Shown here piece after piece: positions 15,393 through 23,446 of a stretch of DNA of 50,296 nt; the first letter of the stretch is position 1; each line of letters opens with the position of its first letter. The position numbers and the translations under genes were made by a program. The notes under the pieces are model-generated. The model worked only from the letters and a program-made list of their open reading frames with translations, had not been told where the DNA came from and searched no databases. Source of the stretch: a bacterium (GTDB lineage: Bacteria > UBP6 > UBA1177 > JAKLFG01). The stretch spans positions 1 through 50,296 of the forward strand of contig JAKQHE010000164.1 of assembly GCA_029573155.1 (NCBI GenBank), in the 5' to 3' direction.

Positions 15393-18300
15393 CTAAAATT
15401 CCCCTCGTATCCCGACCGTCGCCGAGAACGGCGTGGAGGAAAGAGGGGTGTTCTTCGTAAAATCGGTATTGTAGAGACTGCCGACCGCATTCTGGTCGAA
15501 CAGACCGCTTATCCCACGCATCTCGGCGAATAGAACCAGTATCGTGTGGTCGAGAAAGAAGGTATACTCGCCGCGCAGGTCAAGTTCATGGAGGACCGGA
15601 TACCGCGCATCGTTGCGTATGACACGACCGTTCCCGTCGAGGATCGGTAGCGGCTCGAAACGGGCGACGATACCGTCGTCGATGAATTCCGCCCCGGAAA
15701 AACGGGAATATGGCGCGCCAGAGAACAGGGAGAACCGACCCGACAGCGCCCATTCCTTCGCTGGCGTCCAGCGTCCCGAAAGGGTCACGGAATGAGGGAC
15801 CTCTGCATCGCTCGGACGATACTCCCCGGCGGGACTTTCCTTGCGTTGGCTGGCGGTATAGGCATAGCCGACCGTTCCCCGGAAGGTGTCGGCGATATCG
15901 ATCTTGAGTGCGAGCACTCCGCCGGCGGCGTAACCCTCTCCCAGATTGTTGAATTCAAGCGGATCGGCGTTCGAGCGGCGGATCAGGTTGTAAAGATACT
16001 TGTAAAAACCCTTCGCCGTTACGGTGTACAAGCCGAGAAAGGTTTTTTCGAAAGAAAGTACGGCGTGGACCGCATGTTCGGCGAGCAGGTCCTCGGTGCC
16101 CCACCGATCACTTGCGATCTCGTAGTCGGGACGGCGAGAATAGAGACCACCCGAGAGGCGGAGCTCCATGGTGTCGTCGAACCGATAGGCGGTCGTGAGC
16201 CGGGGATCCGCTGATAGTTCGTAGTGCTTCTTGTTGTGGAAATCAGCGTAGAACAGGAGTCCCGGTTCCACGGTGAACCCCGCGTACGAGAAAAGGTACG
16301 AGGCCCACAACGACGGGTGCAGGTATGGCTGATAGCCCGGGTCATCTATCTTTCGGGCGACCCGTACGGCGAACGGTTCTCCTTCCAACGGCAGGGAAAC
16401 ATAATCGGTCGCGGGAGAGAAGAAGCCCAGCCGCATCGCGCCACCGAGAGAAAGTTTGTGTTGGGGGTCGAACCGCCAGTGAAAGACATCCTGACCTTCG
16501 ATCACATGAGAAGAGAGGCCGAAATCGTCACCGGCCGCGAAGCCATACTGCCAATGACGGTTCTCGTAGGACAGAAGGACCCGGTTGTCTATCTCGACAT
16601 CGAGCTCCTTCCACGAATAGGCATGATCTGCCACGAGACGGGTGAAGAACTGCGATGGCGCGATGAGATCGACATGCTCCGGCACGCCGTTCATAAGATC
16701 GCCCGATCGGAACCCGAGACTGTCCATGCTACCGAAGGCATAGACCCGCAACCGGTGACCACCGGAGAATTTGCGCAGATAGAGCATCGTGAAATCGAAG
16801 TTGTCGTTATATAGAAGGTCGCTCCCTTCACCGTAGAAAAACCGCGGGAACAGGTCGGTCAATCCCTTGCTGACCGCCGCCGCGAAGAGGTCATGCTCGG
16901 TCACCGGACCTTCGGCAAGAACCGAAACGCCGAACAGGCTGAGATCGAACATGCCGCCAAGCCGATCCTCCCGCGGGTCGCGAAGCGTCAGTGATACCAT
17001 GCCACCGGTCGCATCACCATATTCGGGCGAGAACCCTCCGTAGGACAATTCCGCCGTACCGACAAGAGCGGGGTGTATCACCGTGTCACGACCGAGCAGG
17101 TGAAAGGCGAACGGTGACGGCAGGCCTTCGATGTAGTATCCGTTCTCGGGCGAAGGAGAGCCGGCGATGCCGAACCCGGTGTCATACCTACGCCGGGGCG
17201 CCGCGATCGTCACACCGGGGAGATCGGAGATGCCGGCCACGGTCTTATCGCTTATTTTCTCGTGGTACCCATAGAAATGGCGATCCCGCTCGACCGGTAT
17301 AAGTTCCCATATCACGTCGCTGTTGCCGGTCACCTCTATGTTCTTTTCCTCGGGCACGAACCCGACGATAGCCAGTTCGACGGTGTAGACGCCCGGTTGC
17401 AGAGAGAGCACGAACCGACCGGCGGCGTCGACCGGCACTTGCAGTTTCTGCTCTTTCAGCATGATCGTCCCACTGACGGGTTCTCCACTCTTCGCGTCCT
17501 TCAGGAGGCCGGTGATCAAATGGATACCCGGCTTCGGAGTATCCCCTTCCCCCGAAGGATCAACGTTGGCGGATCGGGCGGCGAGCGCCTTTTCCGCACC
17601 ACGCACGCCCACCGGCTCGAACGGTTTACCATCGGGGTGTTCCGCGAGAGATCGATACGGGGAGGAATCGAGAGCTAGCCATATCGTCATAGGCAATTCC
17701 TTCATCCCGGTCACGACCTCGAGAGAAAGTGAGAGCGTTTTATATCCGGGTGCCGCGACCTCCAGCGTATAGGTACCCGCTTTCAGTTTCATGGGATATT
17801 TGAAGGATCCCTCTTTCGCCGTCAGCGCCGGGTAAGGAAAGGCGTTGGTTGTTATTTTCGCGCCGATGACCGCTTTTTTGGTGTCGGCGTCGAGAACGAC
17901 ACCCGAAAGGACCACCGGATCACCTTTCGTGGCCTGATCAGACTTAGCGGCCGGAGCCGGAGTCGGGGCAGGGGCAGGGGCAGGGGCCGGGGCAGGGGCC
18001 GGGGCCGGGGCCGGAGCCGGAGCAGGGACCGGAGCCGGAGCAGGGACCGGAGCCGGAGCAGGGACCGGAGCCGGAGCAGGGGCCGGAGCAGGGGCCGGAG
18101 CAGGGGCGGAAGCAGGTTCTGTTACAGGCGCCTTTTTCTCCGCAGGCGGCAACCTTACCGGTTTCAGTTCCGGTTCCGGAGCGGTCGGTTGCGCCTCTGA
18201 AGCGGTCTTCTTCTTTTTCTTTACGGCCTTTCCCTTTTTGTCGGCGGTCGGCTCTTTTGCCTCCTTGGTCTCTTTCGCCTCTTCCTGTTTGACCTCGCTT

Positions 18301-18395
18301 CCCTCGTCGGGCGTGAACTTTTTCTTGGCGGCGGAGAGGGGACCGCTGGCGACCATCAAGGCCATAAGGAGAAAAAACACTAATGAACGCGGCAT
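15393..18395 (-). CDS. Large outer-membrane beta-barrel protein, TonB-dependent-receptor-like, with two CarboxypepD_reg-like domains and an N-terminal Lys/Glu plus (Pro-Ala)n tract
   Basis: The ATG at 18395 follows GGAGGAT. Signal peptide is MPRSLVFFLLMALMVASGPLSA. Two Ig-like segments of the CarboxypepD_reg type are present (GVVLDADTKKAVIGAKITT…GTYTLEVAAPGYK; GLLKDAKSGEPVSGTIMLKE…GVYTVELAIVGF). A plug-like segment reads (…YYIEGLP…GGFSPEYGDATGGMVSL). A long beta-strand-rich region ends in …TVGIRGEF, with the terminal Phe typical of OMPs. Confidence 0.75.
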   Translation of the reverse strand: MPRSLVFFLLMALMVASGPLSAAKKKFTPDEGSEVKQEEAKETKEAKEPTADKKGKAVKKKKKTASEAQPTAPEPELKPVRLPPAEKKAPVTEPASAPAPAPAPAPAPAPVPAPAPVPAPAPVPAPAPAPAPAPAPAPAPAPAPTPAPAAKSDQATKGDPVVLSGVVLDADTKKAVIGAKITTNAFPYPALTAKEGSFKYPMKLKAGTYTLEVAAPGYKTLSLSLEVVTGMKELPMTIWLALDSSPYRSLAEHPDGKPFEPVGVRGAEKALAARSANVDPSGEGDTPKPGIHLITGLLKDAKSGEPVSGTIMLKEQKLQVPVDAAGRFVLSLQPGVYTVELAIVGFVPEEKNIEVTGNSDVIWELIPVERDRHFYGYHEKISDKTVAGISDLPGVTIAAPRRRYDTGFGIAGSPSPENGYYIEGLPSPFAFHLLGRDTVIHPALVGTAELSYGGFSPEYGDATGGMVSLTLRDPREDRLGGMFDLSLFGVSVLAEGPVTEHDLFAAAVSKGLTDLFPRFFYGEGSDLLYNDNFDFTMLYLRKFSGGHRLRVYAFGSMDSLGFRSGDLMNGVPEHVDLIAPSQFFTRLVADHAYSWKELDVEIDNRVLLSYENRHWQYGFAAGDDFGLSSHVIEGQDVFHWRFDPQHKLSLGGAMRLGFFSPATDYVSLPLEGEPFAVRVARKIDDPGYQPYLHPSLWASYLFSYAGFTVEPGLLFYADFHNKKHYELSADPRLTTAYRFDDTMELRLSGGLYSRRPDYEIASDRWGTEDLLAEHAVHAVLSFEKTFLGLYTVTAKGFYKYLYNLIRRSNADPLEFNNLGEGYAAGGVLALKIDIADTFRGTVGYAYTASQRKESPAGEYRPSDAEVPHSVTLSGRWTPAKEWALSGRFSLFSGAPYSRFSGAEFIDDGIVARFEPLPILDGNGRVIRNDARYPVLHELDLRGEYTFFLDHTILVLFAEMRGISGLFDQNAVGSLYNTDFTKNTPLSSTPFSATVGIRGEF
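17947..18112 (-). repeat. In-frame GC-rich tandem repeat encoding about 50 residues of (Pro-Ala/Pro-Val)n
   Basis: Plus-strand ggagccggagcagggacc occurs three times (18013-18066), flanked by gg(g/a)gc(c/a)gg(g/a)gc units. The protein reads SAPAPAPAPAPAPAPVPAPAPVPAPAPVPAPAPAPAPAPAPAPAPAPAPTPAP. Confidence 0.9.
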
Positions 18396-18469
18396 ACTAT
18401 CCTCCGTACCCGATATTACGATACCTGATGTCCTTTTTTGCGCGGTACCATAATCAATGGACAGGGTCT

Positions 18470-18498
18470 GGTATAACACTTCTTGAGACTCATGTCAA
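18470..18498 (-). promoter_or_regulatory. Candidate sigma70-type promoter for the OMP-lipoprotein (and possibly gsp) transcription unit
   Basis: Minus strand reads TTGACA (18498-18493), a 17-nt spacer, then TATACC (18475-18470). This lies about 75 nt upstream of the ATG at 18395. Confidence 0.4.
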
Positions 18499-18510
18499 AA
18501 AAATAAAGGA

Positions 18511-18530
18511 ACGGGATGCTTTGTTCCCGT
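18511..18530. promoter_or_regulatory. Inverted repeat ACGGGA-N8-TCCCGT centred between two divergent candidate -35 boxes
   Basis: ACGGGA at 18511-18516 and TCCCGT at 18525-18530. It is flanked by an A7 run on the left and a T5 run on the right. It lies between the minus-strand -35 (18493-18498) and a plus-strand TTGCTT (18543-18548, then 17 nt, then TACCAT at 18566-18571). Confidence 0.3.
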
Positions 18531-18609
18531 CAGGGATTTTTCTTGCTTTGAGGGAGGTTAATCCATACCATGTCCGTGAGTTGAACTTTTGGGAGAGAGG
18601 AGGTTCTTC

Positions 18610-19050
18610 ATGTCTCACAATTATCTGTGCCCCCGGTGCCGCGTCGCGCTGTATGATCAGGCATCGAACAAGATCGTGCTGACCGGCAAACTGCGAGGTA
18701 TCCATTTCGAGGTGACCGGCACCTTCGAATTGAATCATCAGAAGGACGAGTTCGGGGGAACGATCCGCGATTGCCCGCAGGTCTCGGTCAAAAAAGGCGC
18801 CCGTGTCGATTTTTTCTGCCCTCACTGTGGATTCGATCTTTCCCCTGCCTACGATCAGGAACTGACCGAACTCATCCATGTGGATGAGACCGGCGGAGAA
18901 AAGGCTTTCTTCATCAGCAAGATATCAGGAAAGGAGATGTCCTTCCTCATCTCGAAGGAGACCAAGGAAGTGATCCGTTCATACGGCAAGGACAAGGACG
19001 ACTACATGAATCGATTCGTGGAGTATTTCCACCTGTGGAACAAGTTCTGA
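18610..19050 (+). CDS. Small zinc-ribbon-like protein of unknown function (two CxxC pairs)
   Basis: The ATG at 18610 follows GGAGAGAGGAGG. The 146-aa product carries CPRC near the N-terminus and CPHC about 70 aa later. I recognise no family. Confidence 0.65.
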   Translation: MSHNYLCPRCRVALYDQASNKIVLTGKLRGIHFEVTGTFELNHQKDEFGGTIRDCPQVSVKKGARVDFFCPHCGFDLSPAYDQELTELIHVDETGGEKAFFISKISGKEMSFLISKETKEVIRSYGKDKDDYMNRFVEYFHLWNKF

Positions 19051-19065
19051 CCTGTTGACGCGCCG

Positions 19066-19293
19066 TTATTCCGGTTTTGCGCCGCCTTGTAGCATGCTTT
19101 TCAGGTAGGCGATCATATCTTTTTTGTACAATTTCAGTTTGCGGAGTCGCTTCAATTCCATTTCGTCCTCCGGGGTGATGACCTCCTTGCGGGAGAGTTC
19201 GTCCACCTGTTCGCCGAGCGTCTCATGCTCCTTCACCGTCCGATGAAGCCGCTTTTCGATCTCCTGCGCGGGGACGACCTTGTACTGCTGCAT
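19066..19293 (-). CDS. DUF465 (YdcH-like) small coiled-coil protein
   Basis: The ATG at 19293 follows AAGGAGG. The 75-aa product contains …HRTVKEHETLGEQVDELSRKEVITPEDEMELKRLRKLKLYKKDMI…, matching the DUF465 pattern. The longer ORF-track start overlaps tsaB. Confidence 0.7.
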   Translation of the reverse strand: MQQYKVVPAQEIEKRLHRTVKEHETLGEQVDELSRKEVITPEDEMELKRLRKLKLYKKDMIAYLKSMLQGGAKPE

Positions 19294-19309
19294 GGCACAC
19301 CTCCTTGCG

Positions 19310-20029
19310 TCAGTTACTTGCGACATAATATTCCTCACGGTCACCCGCCGGCAGATCGGCCGGGGCGACCATATACCGAAGCATGAGCGGCTCGGAACCG
19401 ATCTCGACCGTCCCGAGGCGAGGCACCCCGTCAAGCCGTTCCACGGACAGTTCCGGCGACGGATAGCGACGGGTCAAGGTTCCGGATCGCGCGGAAAGGG
19501 ATCTCTCGACGGCGACGGGCAGATCGCCACCGGCGATCACGACCCCTCCCATACCTGCAAAACGATCGAGAATGGCATCCAGTTCTGCGAACGGCACCGC
19601 CCGGGGATGTATCGGGTAACATCGCTTGCCGGTACCGCTTTCCACAGCGACGGAAAGGAACACCTCGTCGCCACGGTACGGGATGAGCGCCACGCAGGGC
19701 GCACCGCACGGAACGGTCGTTCGAAGTGAAAGGATGTCCAGCGAAGAGATCAAGCGCACCCTCGTCACGCCCCGGGCGTAGAGGAGCCCTCCCAACATCG
19801 CCGCTCCGGTCTTGAGCGCGGTGAAGGAGCCGGGACCGGCGCCGAAATAGACCACAGTGTCGGCATCGACCGGTGTCGTCGCAACGATCTGTTCGAGCAC
19901 GGGCGGGAAATCGGTCAGGAACCTTCGCCGTTCATATCGTTCGACCCGCGCGACCACCCGATCGTCCGAACACCACTGAAAAAAGGCCTCGCCCGACGAG
20001 TTGTCCCAGACCAGCACCGATCCCCGCAT
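19310..20029 (-). CDS. tsaB: tRNA t6A37 threonylcarbamoyl-transfer protein TsaB (YeaZ)-like
   Basis: 239 aa from the ATG at 20029, 2 nt after the rseP stop. It carries the TsaB-type motif GAGPGSFTALKTGAAMLGGL (compare GPGSFTGLRIG). The N-terminus is divergent. Confidence 0.6.
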   Translation of the reverse strand: MRGSVLVWDNSSGEAFFQWCSDDRVVARVERYERRRFLTDFPPVLEQIVATTPVDADTVVYFGAGPGSFTALKTGAAMLGGLLYARGVTRVRLISSLDILSLRTTVPCGAPCVALIPYRGDEVFLSVAVESGTGKRCYPIHPRAVPFAELDAILDRFAGMGGVVIAGGDLPVAVERSLSARSGTLTRRYPSPELSVERLDGVPRLGTVEIGSEPLMLRYMVAPADLPAGDREEYYVASN

Positions 20030-20031
20030 CC

Positions 20032-21642
20032 CTAGCCGCCGCTGAATATAGATATGTAGCGCGATATGTCGTTGAACATAGCGAAGATCATGAGCGCCAT
20101 CAAGAGGGCGACGCCCGCGCGGAGCGACCATTCCTTCACGCGGAGCGGTATCTTCCGTCGCGTCAGACCTTCCCAGGTGTACATGACGGCGTGACCGCCA
20201 TCAAGGACCGGCACCGGCAACAGATTGAGAATGCCGAGGTTGACGCTTATCATCGCCATGACCGAGAGAAAGACCTTCTTGCCCCGCGCCGCCGCCTTCT
20301 GCGATATGTCGAACACCAGTATCGGCCCGCCGATCGCCTTGGCGGGAAGTTTATTGGTCAGGAGATAGTACATCCCTTTAACGGTCATCACCGCGATGTT
20401 GCCGGTCTCTTCCACGGCATAGCGCGCCGAATAGAGAAGCGGCGCCTCCCTCCGGGCCTGCGTTGGCTCAAGGTCATATGAGAAAAGGAAACGGGCGCCC
20501 CACCGGATGCTGCTTTCGGTCATGCCGGTATACTGGTTCTCCTTTGAGTCGAAGGAAAGGACGAACTCCTTTTCCATGCTTTCCCCGCCGCGGTAGAGCG
20601 ACAATCTTACCGAACCACCCTCTTTGACCTTCTTCACCTCGCTGACGAACTCGTGGGGCGCGGCGAGTGTCACCCCATTCACGGCGACGATGAGATCACC
20701 GTTCTCGACGCCCGCCTTCTGGGCGACCGAATCGGGTTCGACCTCGCCAACGAGCATCCCGCCGTGCCGTATCAGCGCGGCCACCTGCGTTGCCTCCTCG
20801 GCGGTTAAAGATACCGCTTCCTCCTTTCCGTCACGATAGACGATCAGGTGATGGGCGCTGTCGGCGGTCAGAAGTGTGCGCATCTCATACCAACGGGTCA
20901 CCGTCCTCCCGTCGACCGATCGCACGATGTCGCCGTTCTTCAAGCCCTCGATCGGCCCAGCGAACGCCACGCGGGTATCGCGCGGCAAGGCCGCTATCCC
21001 CATCACGCATCGATCGCTCTCTTCGCCGAACACATCGGCATATCGCCGTTTTTCGGGAGAGACCGGCACCGTCTCAGTATCTCCCGACGGCCAGCGGGCG
21101 ACCAGCACCTCGATAGGAGGACACGCACCGGCGACCGGTAGAGGAAGCGCGTTCTGCAGGTCCTCCCATACCGCCGTCCGCCGTCCGTTGATGGCGAGGA
21201 CGCGGTCCCCTTCCCGCAATGCGGTCTGAGCGGCGGGCCCACCGGGGGAGATGAACTCGACCAGGGTCGCGTCGCTGGTGTGATTGAAAAAGGAAACGAC
21301 GAAGTAGATAAGCACCGCGAAGACGATGTTCGTCAACGGGCCGGCAAAGACGATGATCACCTTCTGCCACCACTCCTTCGCCGAGAAACTGCGCGGCAGG
21401 TCCTCGGGAGGGATCTCCTCCTCGGCGGTATTCTCGCCGAGCATCTTGACATAGCCGCCGAGCGGGACCGCCGAAAGCCGGTATTCGGTCTCGCCGCGAC
21501 GCCAACTGACCAGCGCCGAGCCGAAGCCGAGCGAAAAGACGAAGATCTTGACCCTGAAGAACCGCGCCGCAAGGAAGTGTCCCAGTTCATGGACGAAGAT
21601 GACGAGTCCGAACAGAACGAGCGCCAGAAGGAACTTGAGCAT
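20032..21642 (-). CDS. rseP: RIP site-2 metalloprotease RseP (M50 family, tandem PDZ domains)
   Basis: HELGHFLAARFF (HExxH) in TM1, PDZ-like segments in the middle and a C-terminal NLLPVPVLDGGH motif. A GGAGAG SD precedes the ATG at 21642. Confidence 0.92.
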   Translation of the reverse strand: MLKFLLALVLFGLVIFVHELGHFLAARFFRVKIFVFSLGFGSALVSWRRGETEYRLSAVPLGGYVKMLGENTAEEEIPPEDLPRSFSAKEWWQKVIIVFAGPLTNIVFAVLIYFVVSFFNHTSDATLVEFISPGGPAAQTALREGDRVLAINGRRTAVWEDLQNALPLPVAGACPPIEVLVARWPSGDTETVPVSPEKRRYADVFGEESDRCVMGIAALPRDTRVAFAGPIEGLKNGDIVRSVDGRTVTRWYEMRTLLTADSAHHLIVYRDGKEEAVSLTAEEATQVAALIRHGGMLVGEVEPDSVAQKAGVENGDLIVAVNGVTLAAPHEFVSEVKKVKEGGSVRLSLYRGGESMEKEFVLSFDSKENQYTGMTESSIRWGARFLFSYDLEPTQARREAPLLYSARYAVEETGNIAVMTVKGMYYLLTNKLPAKAIGGPILVFDISQKAAARGKKVFLSVMAMISVNLGILNLLPVPVLDGGHAVMYTWEGLTRRKIPLRVKEWSLRAGVALLMALMIFAMFNDISRYISIFSGG

Positions 21643-21793
21643 AACTCTCCGATATCCGATTACCTGAAGTACAGTATAGCGACAACCGGAGGGAAGGAAA
21701 GATTACCGGCCAAAAAAGTTATCGAAAGAGTTTGCAAAACCGCTCATTTGTGGATAATGACCTGACGAAACTGGAAAGAAAGGGGAACTGTCC

Positions 21794-23446
21794 ATGAGTT
21801 ATCAGGTCATCGCGCGGAAATGGCGTCCCGCCCGGTTCGACGAGGTGGTAGGGCAGGATCAGGTGACCGGCACCCTGCGGTACGCTACCAAAGAGGGGCG
21901 CGTCGCACCGGTCGTCCTGTTCACCGGTATCCGCGGCACCGGCAAGACAACGCTCGCCCGCATCCTCGTCAAAGCGCTCAACTGCGCCGATCCCCAGGCC
22001 GATGGCGAACCGTGCAACCGCTGCGAGAGTTGCCGCGAGATAACAGCAGGACGTAGCCCTGATGTGCTCGAGATAGACGGCGCGTCGAACAACTCGGTGG
22101 ACGATGTCCGCACCATCCGCGAGAACATCTCCTACGGCCCGGTCAAATCGAAACGCAAGGCCTACATCATCGACGAGGTACACATGCTCTCGAAGTCGGC
22201 CTTCAACGCGTTGCTCAAAACGCTTGAAGAACCGCCGACCCACACCGTATTCATACTCGCGACCACCGACCCGCAGAAGATACCGATGACGGTGCTCAGC
22301 CGTTGCCAGCGTTACGACCTGCGCCGGCTCGGGACCGCCGACATCGTGCGACAACTCGAGAAGATACTGACGGCGGAGAAGGTATCGTTCGACCGCGAGG
22401 CGCTGTTCCTCATCGCGCGGGAAGGCGACGGCAGCATGCGCGACGCCCAGACGCTCGTCGAACAGATGCTCGCCTTCGGGGAGCGGACCATCACCGGCAC
22501 GGTGGTGACGACCATCCTTGGCATCAGCGACCGCGCGCTCATCCGCGGGATCGTCGAAGCTGTCGCGCGCCGGGATGCCGACGCGGCGGTCACCAGGGTA
22601 CGCGAGATATATGCGAGCGGCAAGGCACTCGAGAAGGCGGCACGCGATGTCCTCTTCACCCTGCACCAACTCGTGCTCGCCTCCTCGCTTTCGGATGACC
22701 GGTTCCTCGAGGCCTCCGACGAGGAGCGACGCTGGGTCCGCGAAAGTGCACGACTCCTTACCCCCGCCGACTGGCTCCGCCTGTTCGACCTCTGGTCCAA
22801 GGAGAGCGATCGTATCCTGCGGAGCGAATATCCCCTACTCCTGTTCGAGATATCGGTCGTGCTCGCCGCATCGCTCCCGGTGATGACCGACCTGCGTACA
22901 CTGCTCGACACGCTCCGTGACGCACCGGTGCCGGCCGCCAGATCGCATGAGCCGGCCCCCGCGATACAAAACGAGCCGCCCCGGGGCGCGCCAAAGACCA
23001 CGCAACCGACCGCGAGAACAGCGGAGCCGGTGCCGCCCCCCTCACCGACGACAACGCCGAAAGCCGAGCCGATCGCGCCACCCACCGTCACCGGCTGGCG
23101 CGATTTCGTGGAACGGCTGGCGCAGGAGGAACCGATGACCGGTGGCGCCCTGAAAACGGTGACGGCGCTCGAGAAGGCCGGCACGGTCACCGTGCAGATA
23201 CCGCAGGCGACCAAGGCGCTACTCGACCCCAAGAAAGAGATGCTCACCGCCCGCTTCGCCGAACTTACCGGCGGCAGGAAACTGCGATTCGCCGACGAGA
23301 TGTCGGAGGGGACCTCGGTCGCCCAACAGGAAACAAAAGAGGAGAAGGAGAAGAACGCGAAGATACGCGAAGAGGTACGGAACGACCCGACCGTCAAGAA
23401 GACCGAACAAGCCGGATTCGATTTTAAAAAGTCATCGCCGACATGA
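21794..23446 (+). CDS. dnaX: DNA polymerase III subunit gamma/tau
   Basis: MSYQVIARKWRPARFDEVVGQD…, Walker A GIRGTGKTT, Zn module CNRCESC and SRC motif LSRCQRYDL. I found no A AAA AAG slippery heptamer within the gene. Confidence 0.93.
   Translation: MSYQVIARKWRPARFDEVVGQDQVTGTLRYATKEGRVAPVVLFTGIRGTGKTTLARILVKALNCADPQADGEPCNRCESCREITAGRSPDVLEIDGASNNSVDDVRTIRENISYGPVKSKRKAYIIDEVHMLSKSAFNALLKTLEEPPTHTVFILATTDPQKIPMTVLSRCQRYDLRRLGTADIVRQLEKILTAEKVSFDREALFLIAREGDGSMRDAQTLVEQMLAFGERTITGTVVTTILGISDRALIRGIVEAVARRDADAAVTRVREIYASGKALEKAARDVLFTLHQLVLASSLSDDRFLEASDEERRWVRESARLLTPADWLRLFDLWSKESDRILRSEYPLLLFEISVVLAASLPVMTDLRTLLDTLRDAPVPAARSHEPAPAIQNEPPRGAPKTTQPTARTAEPVPPPSPTTTPKAEPIAPPTVTGWRDFVERLAQEEPMTGGALKTVTALEKAGTVTVQIPQATKALLDPKKEMLTARFAELTGGRKLRFADEMSEGTSVAQQETKEEKEKNAKIREEVRNDPTVKKTEQAGFDFKKSSPT

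Noticed and set aside
17947-18112. GC-rich repeat tract as a possible CRISPR array or non-coding minisatellite
   Set aside because: Units are 12-18 bp and contiguous with no spacers. They are in frame within a 1000-aa ORF and encode a (Pro-Ala)n linker. No cas genes are present.
180-18395. T2SS block as a mobile genomic island
   Set aside because: Despite the GC dip over gspC-F there is no integrase, transposase, flanking tRNA or direct repeat in the window. The flanks are ordinary convergent or divergent chromosomal genes.
19292-19308. Sigma54-like TGGCAC…TTGC element
   Set aside because: The GG-to-GC spacing is one nucleotide too long. The motif lies on the plus strand over the DUF465 start/SD region and points into the antisense of tsaB, so there is no gene to drive.
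21643-21793. SRP RNA (ffs) or tRNA upstream of dnaX, as in many genomes
   Set aside because: The 151-bp gap lacks the conserved SRP domain IV sequence and any cloverleaf-like structure. It more plausibly holds divergent promoters (TTGCAA-17-TAATGA at 21732-21760 for dnaX).
21794-23446. Programmed -1 frameshift or transcriptional slippage site in dnaX (tau/gamma)
   Set aside because: I found no A AAA AAG heptamer or long A-run in the middle of the gene. The only A-rich stretch (TTTAAAAAG near 23415) lies about 30 nt from the stop and could not generate a gamma-like product.
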